A stretch of DNA of 64,000 nt, taken from NCBI GenBank assembly GCA_951406725.2, contig OX597834.1, forward strand, positions 7,564,001-7,628,000. Reading direction: 5' to 3'. Shown here one piece after another: positions 1-12,870 of the stretch (positions are counted from its first letter, which is position 1; the number at the start of each line of letters is the position of its first letter). The translations under genes and the position numbers were made by a program. Below the pieces are notes generated by a model. That model worked only from the letters and a program-made list of their open reading frames with translations, was not told the origin of the DNA and searched no databases. Origin of the DNA: Octopus vulgaris (lineage: Eukaryota).

Positions 1-18
1 GTATATATACTGACAAAA

Positions 19-64
<46 letters not shown>

Positions 65-102
65 GTACAAATACATATTATATATATATTATATATATTA
101 TA

Positions 103-147
<45 letters not shown>

Positions 148-806
148 TAGAGATGTGTGTCTGTGTGTGTGTGTACATACATGTATATGCATTTATACGT
201 ATATGTATATTTGTATATCTATATGTGCTTATTTACATTGATATGCATTATACATCAGCGCATGTATATGTGTATTTGTGTGTCTTTTTCTTTTTATATA
301 TATTCTTGCGAAATCAATTCATATTGTTAATCTTGTGAATTTAATGTAGGTTTTCACACAGCTCATCATGCAAAACTTTAGTAACATTCTACACAAAACG
401 ATGGCAGGCCTTAGATTTGTGTTCTTCCGCATAACATGGTTGCTTTCTCTATTATTTTAATACTTTAATTAATTTTCTTCTGAAGCCCAACTTATCTTGT
501 TGCTGTTTATTTCAAGATGCTTGTAAAATTTCCATATATTTATGTAATGTAAATTTTTACTTCCTAATCCATTTGTCTCTTAACATTTTCATACCATCTG
601 GAGCTACCTATTATGATTTTCCAAAAGCAGCTTCTTCCTGGCTCATATACAAGTCAAGAACATATCTACATACTCGTTCTTTACTAATTTACTGAACGCA
701 TTCTATGCTTTGTTTCGTAGCTTGGAATGAGCTTAATTCCTTTCTATGTTCATTTGACTGCAGCCAGATTTCATTAGGTCTCTTCACAAATAAATTTGTT
801 CTCATA

Positions 807-1019
807 TACTCTTTTACTTGTTTCAGTCCTTTGACTGCGGCCATGCTGGAGCACGGCCTTTAGTCGAGCAAATCAACCCCAGGACTTATTCTTTGTAAGC
901 CCAGTACTTATTCTATCGGTCTCTTTTGCCGAACCGCTAATTGACGCCGACGTAAACACACCAGCAATGCTAGGGGGACAAATACAGACAGACAAACACA
1001 CACACACACACACACGCAA

Positions 1020-1054
<35 letters not shown>

Positions 1055-1230
1055 CATACATATATACGACGGGCTTCTATCAGTTTCCGTCTACCAAATC
1101 CACTCGCAAGGCTTTGGTCGGTCCGAGGCTATAGTACAAGACTCTTGCCCAACATGCCACCCAGTGGGACTGAACCCGGAACCATGTGGTTGGTGAGCAA
1201 GCTACTTACCACACAGCCACTCCTGCGCCT
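807..1230 (-). mobile_element. tRNA-derived SINE family A (full length, internal CA/TA microsatellite)
   Basis: Minus strand starts AGGCGCAGGAGTGGCTGTGTGGTAAG (box A) ... GGTTCAGTCCC (box B), then CORE-like TTGGGCAAG, and ends in an AGTAAAAGAGTA tail; more than 10 similar copies in the window. Confidence 0.9.
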
Positions 1231-1699
1231 ATAAACATTTTAACAATCAGAACTTTACGGAAGGAAGAAAGAAATGAAATTTTTTATTTGAAAAAAACTT
1301 TTGACTCATCACGGTATAATATACCAAGGTGAATAAATAATATAATGCATTTTTTCTGGCTTCCCCCCACCACTTGTACATCACTTTTACTCTTTTACTT
1401 GTTTCAGTAATTTAAGTGTGGCCATGCGCCTCCACACACACACACATATATTATTTATAACAGTAATATGGGAAAAAAGAAGCTTTTACTGCAAATTTCA
1501 TTTGTTTCTGCGCCTGAGAACAGCTGTAATTTGTTATACAATAGCGGTGTTCCACACATTTATCATATCCCGGAAAAGTGATATGACATCTGGTAGCCGA
1601 TAACATTATAAGAGCTTTCGAATGCACCTTATGAGCTTGTAACCTAGACAATATAGAATAGATATATGTGTGTGTGTGCATTCGTGTGTGTATGTGTGT

Positions 1700-1792
<93 letters not shown>

Positions 1793-2021
1793 TACACATA
1801 TCCCTATATATATGCACACACACACACTCACATACATATACACACACACATAAACAGTTGAAGTATTGTCAAGTATCACCTAACTAGAAATGGAGTATAT
1901 TTTACATATGCGCCTATATGTGAGAGTGTGTGTATGTGTGTGTGTGTATTTGTGCGCTTGTGTATTTTATCTATCTGTGTTTGTCTGGCTATCAATACGT
2001 ACATACACACATTTTTTTTTT

Positions 2022-2240
2022 TTTGTACTTGTTTCAGTCATTTGACTGCGGCCATGCTGGAGCACCGCCTTTAGAGTGGTGAAAGAGTACAGCAGGGATC
2101 ACCACCTCCTGCCGGAGCCTCGTGGAGCTTTAGGTGTTTTTTTCGCTCAATAAACACACACAACGCCCGGTCTGGGAATCGAAACCGCGATCCTCCGACC
2201 GCAAGTCCGCTGCCCTAACCACTAGGCCATTGCGCCTCCA
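2022..2240 (-). mobile_element. Chimeric SINE: family B head joined to family A tail
   Basis: 2072-2240 is the reverse complement of the family B head (GGAGGCGCAATGGCCTAGTGGTTAGGGCAGCGGAC); 2022-2071 is the family A tail. Confidence 0.75.
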
Positions 2241-2649
2241 CATATATAGACTTACGTGCATACATACATACAGGCAACAGGCAGACAGACAGACGGACGG
2301 AGAGACAGACATACACAGAGACATGAAGACAGACAGACATACAGAAAGACAGACAGACAGATAGATAAATACATATAGTTATATATACATAAATACATAC
2401 ATCAATACATATATACAATGGTTGCTCCATCTTCGTAGCTCGTTGTCAATAACATATCTGACATTCCGTCTATGACCTCTCAGCTGACTGTTCGGTCTCG
2501 GCGTTTTGTAACCGTGCACTTCCAAACGGTTAGTTCTGCACGCATTTCGCCCGGCGCACTAACGTTTCTGCCAGCTCGCCGCCAAATAAGTTTCAATAGT
2601 AGAGGAGGTAATAGCTTTTCACTTAATGATAATTGAATTGTTGAAGGTG

Positions 2650-3545
2650 CGAGTAGGGGTGAGAATTCCCTTTGTGATTGTAGAAACAAAGAAAATTGTT
2701 TATTTCGTAATTTTGTAAACGTAGGGAAGTCGTCTATCAAGCGAAAGCTATTTCTAAAGTTAATGATTACTTTCATATTGGTTCTTCTGCTAATTATATT
2801 AAGAGCAGGGTTTCGAATCATTATCAGTCCTTTTGGAACAGATATATGGCTTCTAGTCGTCTTATTAATCTTATCTGGAATCTTGAAGATAATAATAAAT
2901 CGTACTTTATTGAATGGAGCATTTTAGAGTCGGCTCCGGTTTATAGGTTTGGTAATAGGTTCTGCTCTTTTGTTCCGAGGTATTGTTTTTGATTATATTT
3001 TCTAGAAATTTATATTTTCTAAATCTGAAAGGGGATCTTTTCGGTTTGAACGGCAGTTTTTAACATAATTTCCAGGTAACTAAAAAATTTAAAACTCCGT
3101 ACACTGGGAGAATGTGTTTATAGAACATATTTTTCTCTTGGCTTTATTGAGAAAAATTCTATAGTTTGTAAGATATTTGTTGTTTTTTCTTCAATTTCTG
3201 CAATTTCAACCAATCAGTGACGTCTATTGAGTTAAAAAGCATTCTGTGCCGTATGAATATGTTCCTCGTTTAAGAAACAGATTGGGTTTATTTACATTTG
3301 TGAAGAAAAAAAGATACCCTTCCCCCACCCCTAACCTTAACCCTAGCCCTAACCCTAACTAAACCTAACTAACCCTAAATCTAAAATAGATTGAAATGCA
3401 ATAGTTCGATTCTAGGATCATAATTATGGGTGGCAATTTCATATGACACCGCCAGAAAAAACTGCCGTTCAAACCGAAAAGGTACCTGAAAGGGTTTTTT
3501 TCTGTGTTCATAGGAATAAATGTGTGTTTAAAAATTTTAATTAAG
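2650..3545 (+). pseudogene. Penelope-like element GIY-YIG endonuclease remnant, split by a MITE
   Basis: Manual translation with frameshifts: CDCRNKENC...EVVYQAKAISKVNDYFHIGSSANYIKSRVSNHYQSFWN...LIWNLEDNNKSYFIEWSILESAPVYRFGNRFC; after the MITE it continues ...CVHRNKCVF, like the SKCRHxNK end of Penelope ORFs. Confidence 0.8.
3034..3485. mobile_element. MITE with ~27-bp TIRs, 9-bp TSD and internal (CCCTAA)-like repeats
   Basis: TIRs GATCTTTTCGGTTTGAACGGCAGTTTTT / AAAAACTGCCGTTCAAACCGAAAAGGTAC; CTGAAAGGG at 3025-3033 and 3486-3494. Confidence 0.9.
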
Positions 3546-4252
3546 GATGTTTGTTATTGGTCTTTTTTTATCTGGTTTTATTTTGATTTAGCGGTTCTGT
3601 GAGTTTGATACAAGGTAACTCCTTTTATTTAAGACTCAAGTTGGTTCCTCTCGTATAGTATTTTTTTAAAAATGTTTAACGACCGATCGAAAGCGGCCGT
3701 ATATCGCAGCCATTGCGACGCGACGAATGCACGTGTGTGTGTATCCAAATTTAATAAATGGAGCAGGTAAAATCTAGGCTTCATATGTTTCCTAGCAAGC
3801 AGAACCTCGGAAGTAGTAATTACTGAACGAGTGGTACGCCGCTAGCTATTCATCAGGCTAAAGATACCTCAGTTAAAAAAAAAAAATTCCCTAAATTTGG
3901 ATTTTTATTGGCATACACAGCACCACAGTTGCTAACCGTAAACTATAAAGTAACTTGTTTCATTCAGCTTATCGAACTGCGATATGGGAAACATTTACTG
4001 ACTCTTACATCAATAAACTATCATTGTACCCGAAAGTTTTCTTTTTACCTTCTACGCACAACTCGGAGCACACTAACTTCCTACACCTGAACACTTGGAT
4101 CTTAGCTTTACATATAACTCACACACACGCATACATACACATATTTACATTATATATATATGATCCAAACAAGAAAACAAAAAGACAACAACGCAAGGAC
4201 GTGGAACAAATAAAGTATTATTGGACGCTCAGGAAAGAAGGGAAGAGGGAGG

Positions 4253-4287
4253 GTTTGACGTTTCGAGCGGAGCTCTTCGTCGGAAAC
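4253..4287 (-). ncRNA. Minimal type-I hammerhead-like ribozyme (family 1) within ~200-bp element 4160-4358
   Basis: Minus strand GTTT-CCGACGA-A-GAGC TCC GCTC-GAAA-CG-TC-AAAC: stem I, core (U4C), stem II, palindromic ACGT stem III, GUC site. Confidence 0.65.
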
Positions 4288-4713
4288 ATAGGAGAAGGAA
4301 AGGTCCCGAGAAGGGAAGACAGAGGAAAAAAATCGCTAGTGATACAGACGAGGTCACAAACTAAAAGACGGAAGTGGTCAGAGTAGAAGAAAATGTTTTT
4401 AAAAAACAGGAGAGCTATATCAAAGACGGAATGGTAAAGAAGGTGTGTGAAGATGACAAGTGTGTGTGTGTGAGTGTGTGCGTGTGTGTGTGTGTGTATG
4501 GCGAGATTTGTTCTATAATGAGACACGTTACAAAAGTAAAGAACAAAAGAAAAACAAAGCAATGTTGCAGTTTTATTTTTTATTTCTACATCTCCGGGTT
4601 ATGAACCTTTCTTCAGGACATTAGGAAAAGGTAATGTTTCGAAAAGCCGTTGCTCAAATATACATAGGAAGAACTATATATATACATATGTGTGTATGTA
4701 TATATATATATAT

Positions 4714-5001
4714 TGTTAGGGCAGCGGACTCACAGTCGTAGGACCGCGGTTTCGATTCCGAGACCGGGCGTTGTGAGTGTTTATTGAGCAAAAACACCTA
4801 AAACTTCACGATGCTCCGGCAGGGGGTTGGTGGCGATCCCTGCTGTACTCTTTACCCACCACTTTCTTTCACTCTTTCTTCTGTTGGCCTGCTCACTTAG
4901 CCAGCGGGGTGGCGTCATTTGAAGGCTAAAACAATGCGAAGCGCATTGTGACCAGCGATGTGTATCAGCATCTGATAGCCTGGTCGGCCACAGTGATCAC
5001 G

Positions 5002-5006
<5 letters not shown>
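4714..5006 (+). mobile_element. SINE family B (5' truncated, tail type 1)
   Basis: GTTAGGGCAGCGGACTCACAGTCGTAGGACCGCGGTTTCGATTCC tRNA-like head; ends GTGATCACGGTGAT; matches 44822-45105. Confidence 0.85.
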
Positions 5007-5063
<57 letters not shown>

Positions 5064-5085
5064 CATACATACACCGGTGATCACG

Positions 5086-5175
<90 letters not shown>

Positions 5176-5829
5176 TATATAGTACGCAGAATCGCATGAA
5201 ACTGCAGCAAAATTTACTCAAAGCATTTAACCAATGCGACTATACAAATCAACATTCATGGATACACACATACACACACAGAAGTACTAAATTATTTCAC
5301 ATACATCGGTATGTGTACACCACATCCATATTCATCCTCATAAATATAACAACTTCATACACGTATACGCACATACGTTGCTTATATTTTGTTCAGCTTT
5401 TCTGTTCTTTTGCCACAAAACCCTTCTGCTTTGTGATTCAACTTCATTTTACATTATTATCCTTTATGATCTTTCAATGAAATATACCATTTGAAAAATA
5501 CTTCATTACGACTAGTTCCCTGCCAACATTATTTTTTTAAAATGTATTTATATGTTCTGCTTATTGTGCGGTGGAATATTTCATATTTTTCTCCATCTCT
5601 TAGTAGTTTTTTTTACATGTTTGATGTCTTATTGTTGCTTGTGTTGCTGTTGCTGTTGTTTCGATTTAGTTATCTATCTATTTATTTATTTCATTTTTTT
5701 TTTACCCTCAGCACGTTTACTAACACAGCAAACATATTGTAAGTCGTAAGCTCTGCTTATATGTATATATGTGTATTTAAGTATGAATGTCTGTATGTAT
5801 GTATGTAGGTATGTACGTATGCCTGCATG

Positions 5830-5882
5830 GATGCAAGTATATATATATATACATACATATATATATGTATATATATATGCGT

Positions 5883-5925
<43 letters not shown>

Positions 5926-6018
5926 TATACATATATATATATACATATATATACACATATATACATACATATGTATATATAAATATATACACACGCACAT
6001 ATATATATATATACATAC

Positions 6019-6050
<32 letters not shown>

Positions 6051-6111
6051 GCATTTATATATACATATATATATACATATATATATATACATATACATAT
6101 ATATATATACA

Positions 6112-6149
<38 letters not shown>

Positions 6150-6164
6150 CATATATATACATAC

Positions 6165-6207
<43 letters not shown>

Positions 6208-6599
6208 TATATATATATATGCGTATGACTGTATAAACACAGTAGCCTAAAAGCACATACGCATGCGCACGTATGCATAGGTGTTTTCAAATTATAAAAA
6301 AAATCTTCTTGAACTCATTCCTTGGCGAATCACATCAGTCAGTGTCACATTACAAAAACAAATGTAAACGCAAATACACAGTCACGCACATTTATATACG
6401 CGTTTACATGTATGTATATCTGTATGTATGCATCTATGTATATATGCACGTATAATACGTGCATCCGTTATGATGCATTACACATATATACGTGTGTGTG
6501 TTTGTGCTTGTGTGTATGCTTGTGCCTGCGCGCGTGTATATATATATATATATATACATATATAAATAAATATACGTATATATATTATATATATATGTA

Positions 6600-6630
<31 letters not shown>

Positions 6631-6744
6631 TATATATATATGTATATATATATACAATACATGCATATATATATACATATATATATATACATATATATAT
6701 AATATATATACACATATACATATATATATATGTATATACATACA

Positions 6745-6810
<66 letters not shown>
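5830..6810. repeat. Compound (TA)n/(TACA)n microsatellite field
   Basis: Direct reading; source of the spurious YI-repeat ORFs. Confidence 0.9.
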
Positions 6811-6813
<3 letters not shown>

Positions 6814-7041
6814 CTTTACTGCCCACAAGGGGCTAAACATAGAAGGGACGAACAAGGACAGACAAAGGGATTAAGTCGATTACATCGACCCCAGTGCGTA
6901 ACTGGTACTTAATTTATCGACCCCGAAAGGATGAAAGGCAAAGTCGACCTCGGCGGATTTTGAACCCAGAACACTTAACGGCAGACGAAATACGGCTAAG
7001 CATTTCGCCCGGGATGCTAACGTTTCTGCCAGCTCGCCGCC
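6811..7041 (-). mobile_element. SINE family M (Meta-domain-like)
   Basis: Minus strand GGCGGCGAGCTGGCAGAAACGTTAGC ... GCCTTTCATCCTTTCGGGGTCGATAAATTAAGTACCAG, resembling the MetaSINE central domain. Confidence 0.85.
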
Positions 7042-7064
7042 CTATACGAGTAGGCATATTGATG

Positions 7065-7096
<32 letters not shown>

Positions 7097-7543
7097 CATA
7101 CATATACGTAGGCTATAGGCATAAAAATATACATAGAAATATGCATTTTAGATAACCTTTTTTCTATTTTATTTCACATTTTATCCTTTCTGCTTGTTTG
7201 CTTGTTCTTTCTTAGTTTTTAACAGTTGTTTGTTTCTCGAAAATGCGTTTGCACATATAAAGATGTTCGCACAAGCATTCACATCACATAAGGAAAAAAT
7301 ACACACAGACGTCAATCAAATATTCATACACACACACATACACACACACACACGCGCACACACAAACACACAAACACGCACTCATGCACCTGCCCTCACC
7401 TATATACACACACGAGCACACTCAAGAAACGTACTTCATTTATATCATTCGTTTCTTTATGAAATTATTCTTTTTTTCACCTAATATTTGAAATAAAGTA
7501 TATTTCTATCTGAGATCTACATAAACCTATTTTTCAAACCAAA

Positions 7544-8040
<497 letters not shown>

Positions 8041-8369
8041 CTTTCCTACCTATATCTACCTGTCTCCAAAGGCAACACACATTTTCAAACAGATTATACA
8101 AGTCTGTGTGTGTATATAGTATATTTGTATCTTTGTATGTATGTATTATATAACTGTGTGTGCATGCATGTATGTATATATGTATGTATATGCGTATGTA
8201 AGTGTGTGTAAGGCTATGTGTCTATGTGCATATGATATTTATAACATACATACATAAAATGACTTATATTTAATATAAATGTAAATAAATTGCATTTATA
8301 TTTTATATATATATGCGTTGTTTGTATATATACATACATATATATATACATATATAATATGCGTTGTAT

Positions 8370-8413
<44 letters not shown>

Positions 8414-9092
8414 TTTACAAGTATAAAAAAGCACGGGTGCATTCATACCTAAACACAACTCAACATGAAATTAAATTACTATTATACAAGTTTATCAAAA
8501 TTTTATTGATGCTACAGAAAACAATCCTTCTGCAATTCTACTAAGAAAAAATGCACAATAAAAACATCGGTTACTAATATGAATATAAAATAAGTTACAA
8601 AGTGAATTCATCATTTTCTACAAAAAGACAACTGTCAATCAGACTTTTAGAAGCTCATTAAAACAGCTCTTATTTTTCTAAGTTCCAAACGTACGTGCGA
8701 GCAAATAAGAATTGCAATAAAACGAAGGATAGATATTCAATCGATTCCTTAAGTAAAGCAAGATTAATATATTCAGTCGAGTGGTGTCTGGTGTATTGCA
8801 TGGAACCTTGATGACATGGTGTGGCTTTTTGTTTTTGTTTTTGATTTTGAAGAATTGTGTCTTCGGGGAAGAAAACTGAAAGGGGGTTATGTGATGGTGT
8901 AGAATATTTTGCTGGGTAAAAGATCGTATTGCATTTACTAAGTTACTAATAAAATATTAAATTTCATGTGATATCTATTAAGACAGAAATATTAGCGTAA
9001 TGGATGCGAGAGGCAGAAACAGAAGGATATCTAAACAGAGAGGTAGATATACATACATCAATACTAGACATATACATATGTATGTATGTATA

Positions 9093-9646
9093 TTATGTCA
9101 GGTCACTTTCGAGTGCTACTGGTAACATGTAACCCATTACAACCTGTTGCATGGTCGGGTCATCGGCGACTAAACCGGCAACCCCACCAAGCTTGCATGG
9201 TGGGGAGAGTGTTTATTGGACACCCTGCGGGATGAAAAAGAAAACCCGTCAAAGGGCGGAGGAACTATTGAGAGTCAACGTCCATCCAATAAATGTCTTA
9301 AGGATGTATCATTCGCGGGGAACATAGAAATAATCGGACTGAATACCCTATCGCACGGTTGAACCATTGGGAGTGAAGGACTCCTAGCCTTTGTTAGGCA
9401 TCCTTCTAGGTGAAGGTAACTCAGGTAACTGGGATAACTCCGACATAAAACTTGCGGCTCAGTGGTTACCGATGATGTCAACTTGTTCTTCTTTTCGGAT
9501 TATGGCTGCTGTTGCTTAGTGAGTGGGATTGACTCAGTGCACAGCCTTTCTTCACTTAAAAAAATATTTCTTGCACAGGCATTGCACGATAACTACATTG
9601 ATTAAGATTCGTGCAATGGCCATACTCGATGACGAGGGGGTAGCCA

Positions 9647-9648
<2 letters not shown>
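9093..9648 (+). mobile_element. ~550-bp non-coding interspersed element (copy 1), possibly RTE-derived
   Basis: Collinear with 60001-60540 (TTATGTCAGGTCACTTT...GCCATACTCGAT...GCCA); both follow (TATG)n; orientation assumed. Confidence 0.7.
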
Positions 9649-9712
<64 letters not shown>

Positions 9713-9919
9713 ATGGATGGATGTGGTTCAATGCTCGAAAAGGGGAGTAAATAGACAGCCGACAACTTAGGAAGGGTTTCTTTATGTTACTTGTCTTATT
9801 TCCCATTTGTTTTTCTCATTGTTTGCATACCCAAATTTGTTTAAGAATTTCATATTTTCATACTCCAACATATATGTATATATGCACAGATATATTATTT
9901 ATATTATAAATATATATAA

Positions 9920-10632
9920 AATACAAAATGGGACAAGAACTCAAAACATCCAGACAGGTGATACAAAAAAGGGACAACAAAACATCGAGATAGACGATAC
10001 AAAGAAAACAAGGACTGGTCACTAAGAGTTTTCTTTTCTCAGTCGAGTTCCAGATTATCTTTGCTATTTCGGCTGGCTATACTCAGATTACTCCAATCTG
10101 GTCAACCCAAAGGAAAAACTAATCTACGAGCATTAGATTCCTTGGAAGAAAGCAGCAAATGTATACAAAAGCAAGGATGGAATTAAAGAGGGGCGCCCCT
10201 CCTTAATTCTTCTGTCCCTCTGCCTCTCTCTATTCTCTTCCCACGTGACCGGCGTTCGGCCATGCCTAATGTTTCTTTCTTGGTCTGGCCGTTGTCCGTG
10301 CAACATTAATATTCCTCCCTCTGTCTATGAAATCTTGTATCCCTGCCGTAAGTCTTCATTTCCACACACGCCGAAATACACCTGTTGTTATGTCCTGTTA
10401 TTATCTGTATTGTGTGTCTGTTACACTGTCCGTTTTTTCCCGTCCTTGTTTTTGTATAATTCGCAGCTTTCTTTCAAGGAATCTAATGCTCTTAGCTTAG
10501 TTTTTCCTTGGAGCTGGCCAGATTGGAGCAATCTCGAGTATAACCAGCCTAAATTGCAAAGATAATCTGGAACTCGACAGAGTAAAGAAAACTCCAAATG
10601 ACCTGTCCTTGTTTTCTTTGTATCGTCTATCT
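9920..10632. repeat. Large asymmetric inverted repeat (arms ~9988-10181 and ~10436-10632)
   Basis: AGATAGACGATACAAAGAAAACAAGGAC vs GTCCTTGTTTTCTTTGTATCGTCTATCT; GAGCATTAGATTCCTTG vs CAAGGAATCTAATGCTC. Confidence 0.85.
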
Positions 10633-10987
10633 ATATAGCCCAAGGACAAAGGGTCCAATTAATAGATGTGATTGATCATCCGTAGTCGCATACGTTAACA
10701 TTTCCCCTTCCATGATACTTAATGATAAAAGAAAAACCAGTGTCAGCAATATAATTAAAAGCACTGTTTCCTAATACTGTTCAGAGTACAATTGAGAGAG
10801 TGAAGTTTGTTGCATAAATCAAAGCAGAGATGTTGATCTGTTGATTGTAAAATCTACTGTTCTTCTGATACGAGCCCAAAGGTTTGGAATATTGAAACAT
10901 AGTAGAACATTGCAATATTTACAACAGTGATTCCCAGGGGGTCCATATCACTCCTTAGTGAGACCTTTAATGTCATGAAGGTTGAGT

Positions 10988-11290
10988 GGAGGCACATGGC
11001 TTAGTGGTTAGAGCACCGGATTCGCGGTCGAAGGATCGCAGGTTCGAACCTCAGACCGGGCGATGTGTGTGTTTATGAGCGAAACACCGAAGTTCCACGC
11101 GGCTTCAGCAGAAAGTAATGGCGAACTTCTGCTGACTATTTCGCCACGACTTTCTCTCACTCATTCTTCCTGCATCTTGCAGCTCACCTGCGAAGGACCG
11201 GCGTCGTCCCATCCAGGTGGGGAACCTATACGCCAAGGAATACGGAAACCGGCCTTATGAGCCAGGTATAGCCCCAAAAGTAACAAACAG
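10988..11290 (+). mobile_element. SINE family B-related copy with V-domain-like tail (type 3)
   Basis: GGAGGCACATGGCTTAGTGGTTAGAGC...GGTTCGAACC head; CCTGCGAAGGACCGGCGTCGTCCCATCCAGGTGG resembles the V-SINE domain. Confidence 0.75.
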
Positions 11291-12489
11291 ACAAAAAAAA
11301 AATGAAGATTGAGGCAAAAAAATGATATTGCAGTATACGAACTTGAAGATACGAGGGCAAATTTGTATAACATCATCAAATATACAGGGATAAGGGTAAG
11401 ACCATAAACGTCCAGATTTTATTATATTTAATAGATTTCAAGTACTTTTCGAAATTTTAGATGTTTACAACGTAATCATGGCCCTGTGTGTTACTAATAT
11501 ATGGTTACCTTTTATGAACTAAGATCCGAAGAGCTTTTCTGTATACATCATAATATGTGTTATTGGCGTGGTAGCGTGGAATTTTCAGCCAAAACATCCT
11601 CTTGGCGCACCATCGTCTCTAAAGTATATCTTTGCCCTGTTTATTTTCTCATTTCAATCAGCAATTCTTTTTATGTGATTAAGCATCTTTACCTCAAAAT
11701 AAATTGCTGTCTGTTATTGAGTCGCACGTGCAGCCGCCTAGCGTCGTTTTGCTATTTATCATTTGAGAAATCATTCAACAAACCTGAACTCCATTTTCCT
11801 CGGCCTGTCCATGTTTAATAATATTTCTAGCATCTCGGTAAAATGAACTGAAAATACATAAACTCGGTCCTCAGACAACTGGATGGCCCTTTCGGTCAAT
11901 GATCAGTGGAGCACAATATAATTTCAATTGAAGAATTTTCAGAAGAGTACATTTATTGACGCGTTGTATAATCTAAATTCATGACATTTGCAAACCTTTC
12001 CACAGACATTTTGTGAGCACCATACTGCATAAAATTTGAGACTTTTATTGTATCATCAGGGTCTGATATTCTTACTATTCTCTTTAAAGTAGACACAGGT
12101 ATATTAAGACTGGCTCCTCTCAGTAATAGGACTATTTAACATTTTCTTTTTTCTTGTCTGTGGTCAGTAAATTATTTCCCATGTGTTTCTATCTGGAGAC
12201 CAAAGGAAATGGGTAGTATTCTCTCCGAATTTTGCTTTTGTGACCTGAACGTAAGCATTTTGAAACTGACCTATTTTCCATTACATTTTAGACAGATTCA
12301 GCTCTGAGTTGCTGAAGCAGACATATCGTTATACTAAATATTCTTTCCAATACCACAGACATACGTGTCAGTTTACCACTTGAGCATGCCCCTTAGCGGC
12401 TGACAAAATATGCATCTCTGATCATGAGCAGATGTACTGGGGGAGCATTACAGACGTGTATTGACAAGGATTCTTTGGTGCTCGAATAA

Positions 12490-12870
12490 ATGTAACAAAA
12501 GCGAAGTTTGAAGTAAATATTAGCCATTTTCCATACTTTCTAGGGGTAAGCAAATAGGAAATAACGGTTGCTGCTCTCCATGGACAAAAATCGTATCACC
12601 CAGTGTAGTAGTAACTTACTAGATTAATGAAATGAGTGATGATATTGAAAACCTGTTGTGTATAAATCTTAGAAAGAAATAATTTAGCAAACAGCATGAC
12701 AAATCAATTGTACAGGGCAAGAAAGTTTTATTGATGATTTACGTGCGTTTTGCTAGAGGAAAGAAAAGCTACGAAGAAATTCTTTTCTATGAATTTTTGC
12801 AAACAGACATAAAGAAACAATATTTGAAAAATTACAAACAGCGGCCTTGAAGATAAAATGTTTCATTTCA
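12490..12870 (+). pseudogene. hAT (Charlie/Buster-like) transposase fragment
   Basis: Manual translation EMSDDIENLLCINLRK ... LMIYVRFARGKKSYEEILFYEFLQTDIK, matching the YVR...EExLF block of hAT transposases. Confidence 0.6.

Noticed and set aside
3329-3380. True telomere or chromosome-fusion scar
   Set aside because: The repeats are internal to a TIR-bounded MITE.
3780-3860. Minus-strand CTGATGA...CTAGC..GCTAG-GAAAC downstream of the Penelope remnant
   Set aside because: No stem I pairing and an abnormal linker; possible relic only.
4586-4618. Minus-strand CTGAAGA-A-AGGTT CAT AACCC-GGAGATGTA
   Set aside because: GAAA is missing; too degenerate to count as a hammerhead.
10500-10562. GCTGG...CCAGCC-(G/T)AAA stem in the large inverted repeat
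   Set aside because: No CUGANGA-like core upstream.
11590-11760. Minus-strand TLGGCTCDSITD and YFRDDG, reminiscent of a Penelope reverse transcriptase
   Set aside because: Only two short motifs with frameshifts; needs blastx.
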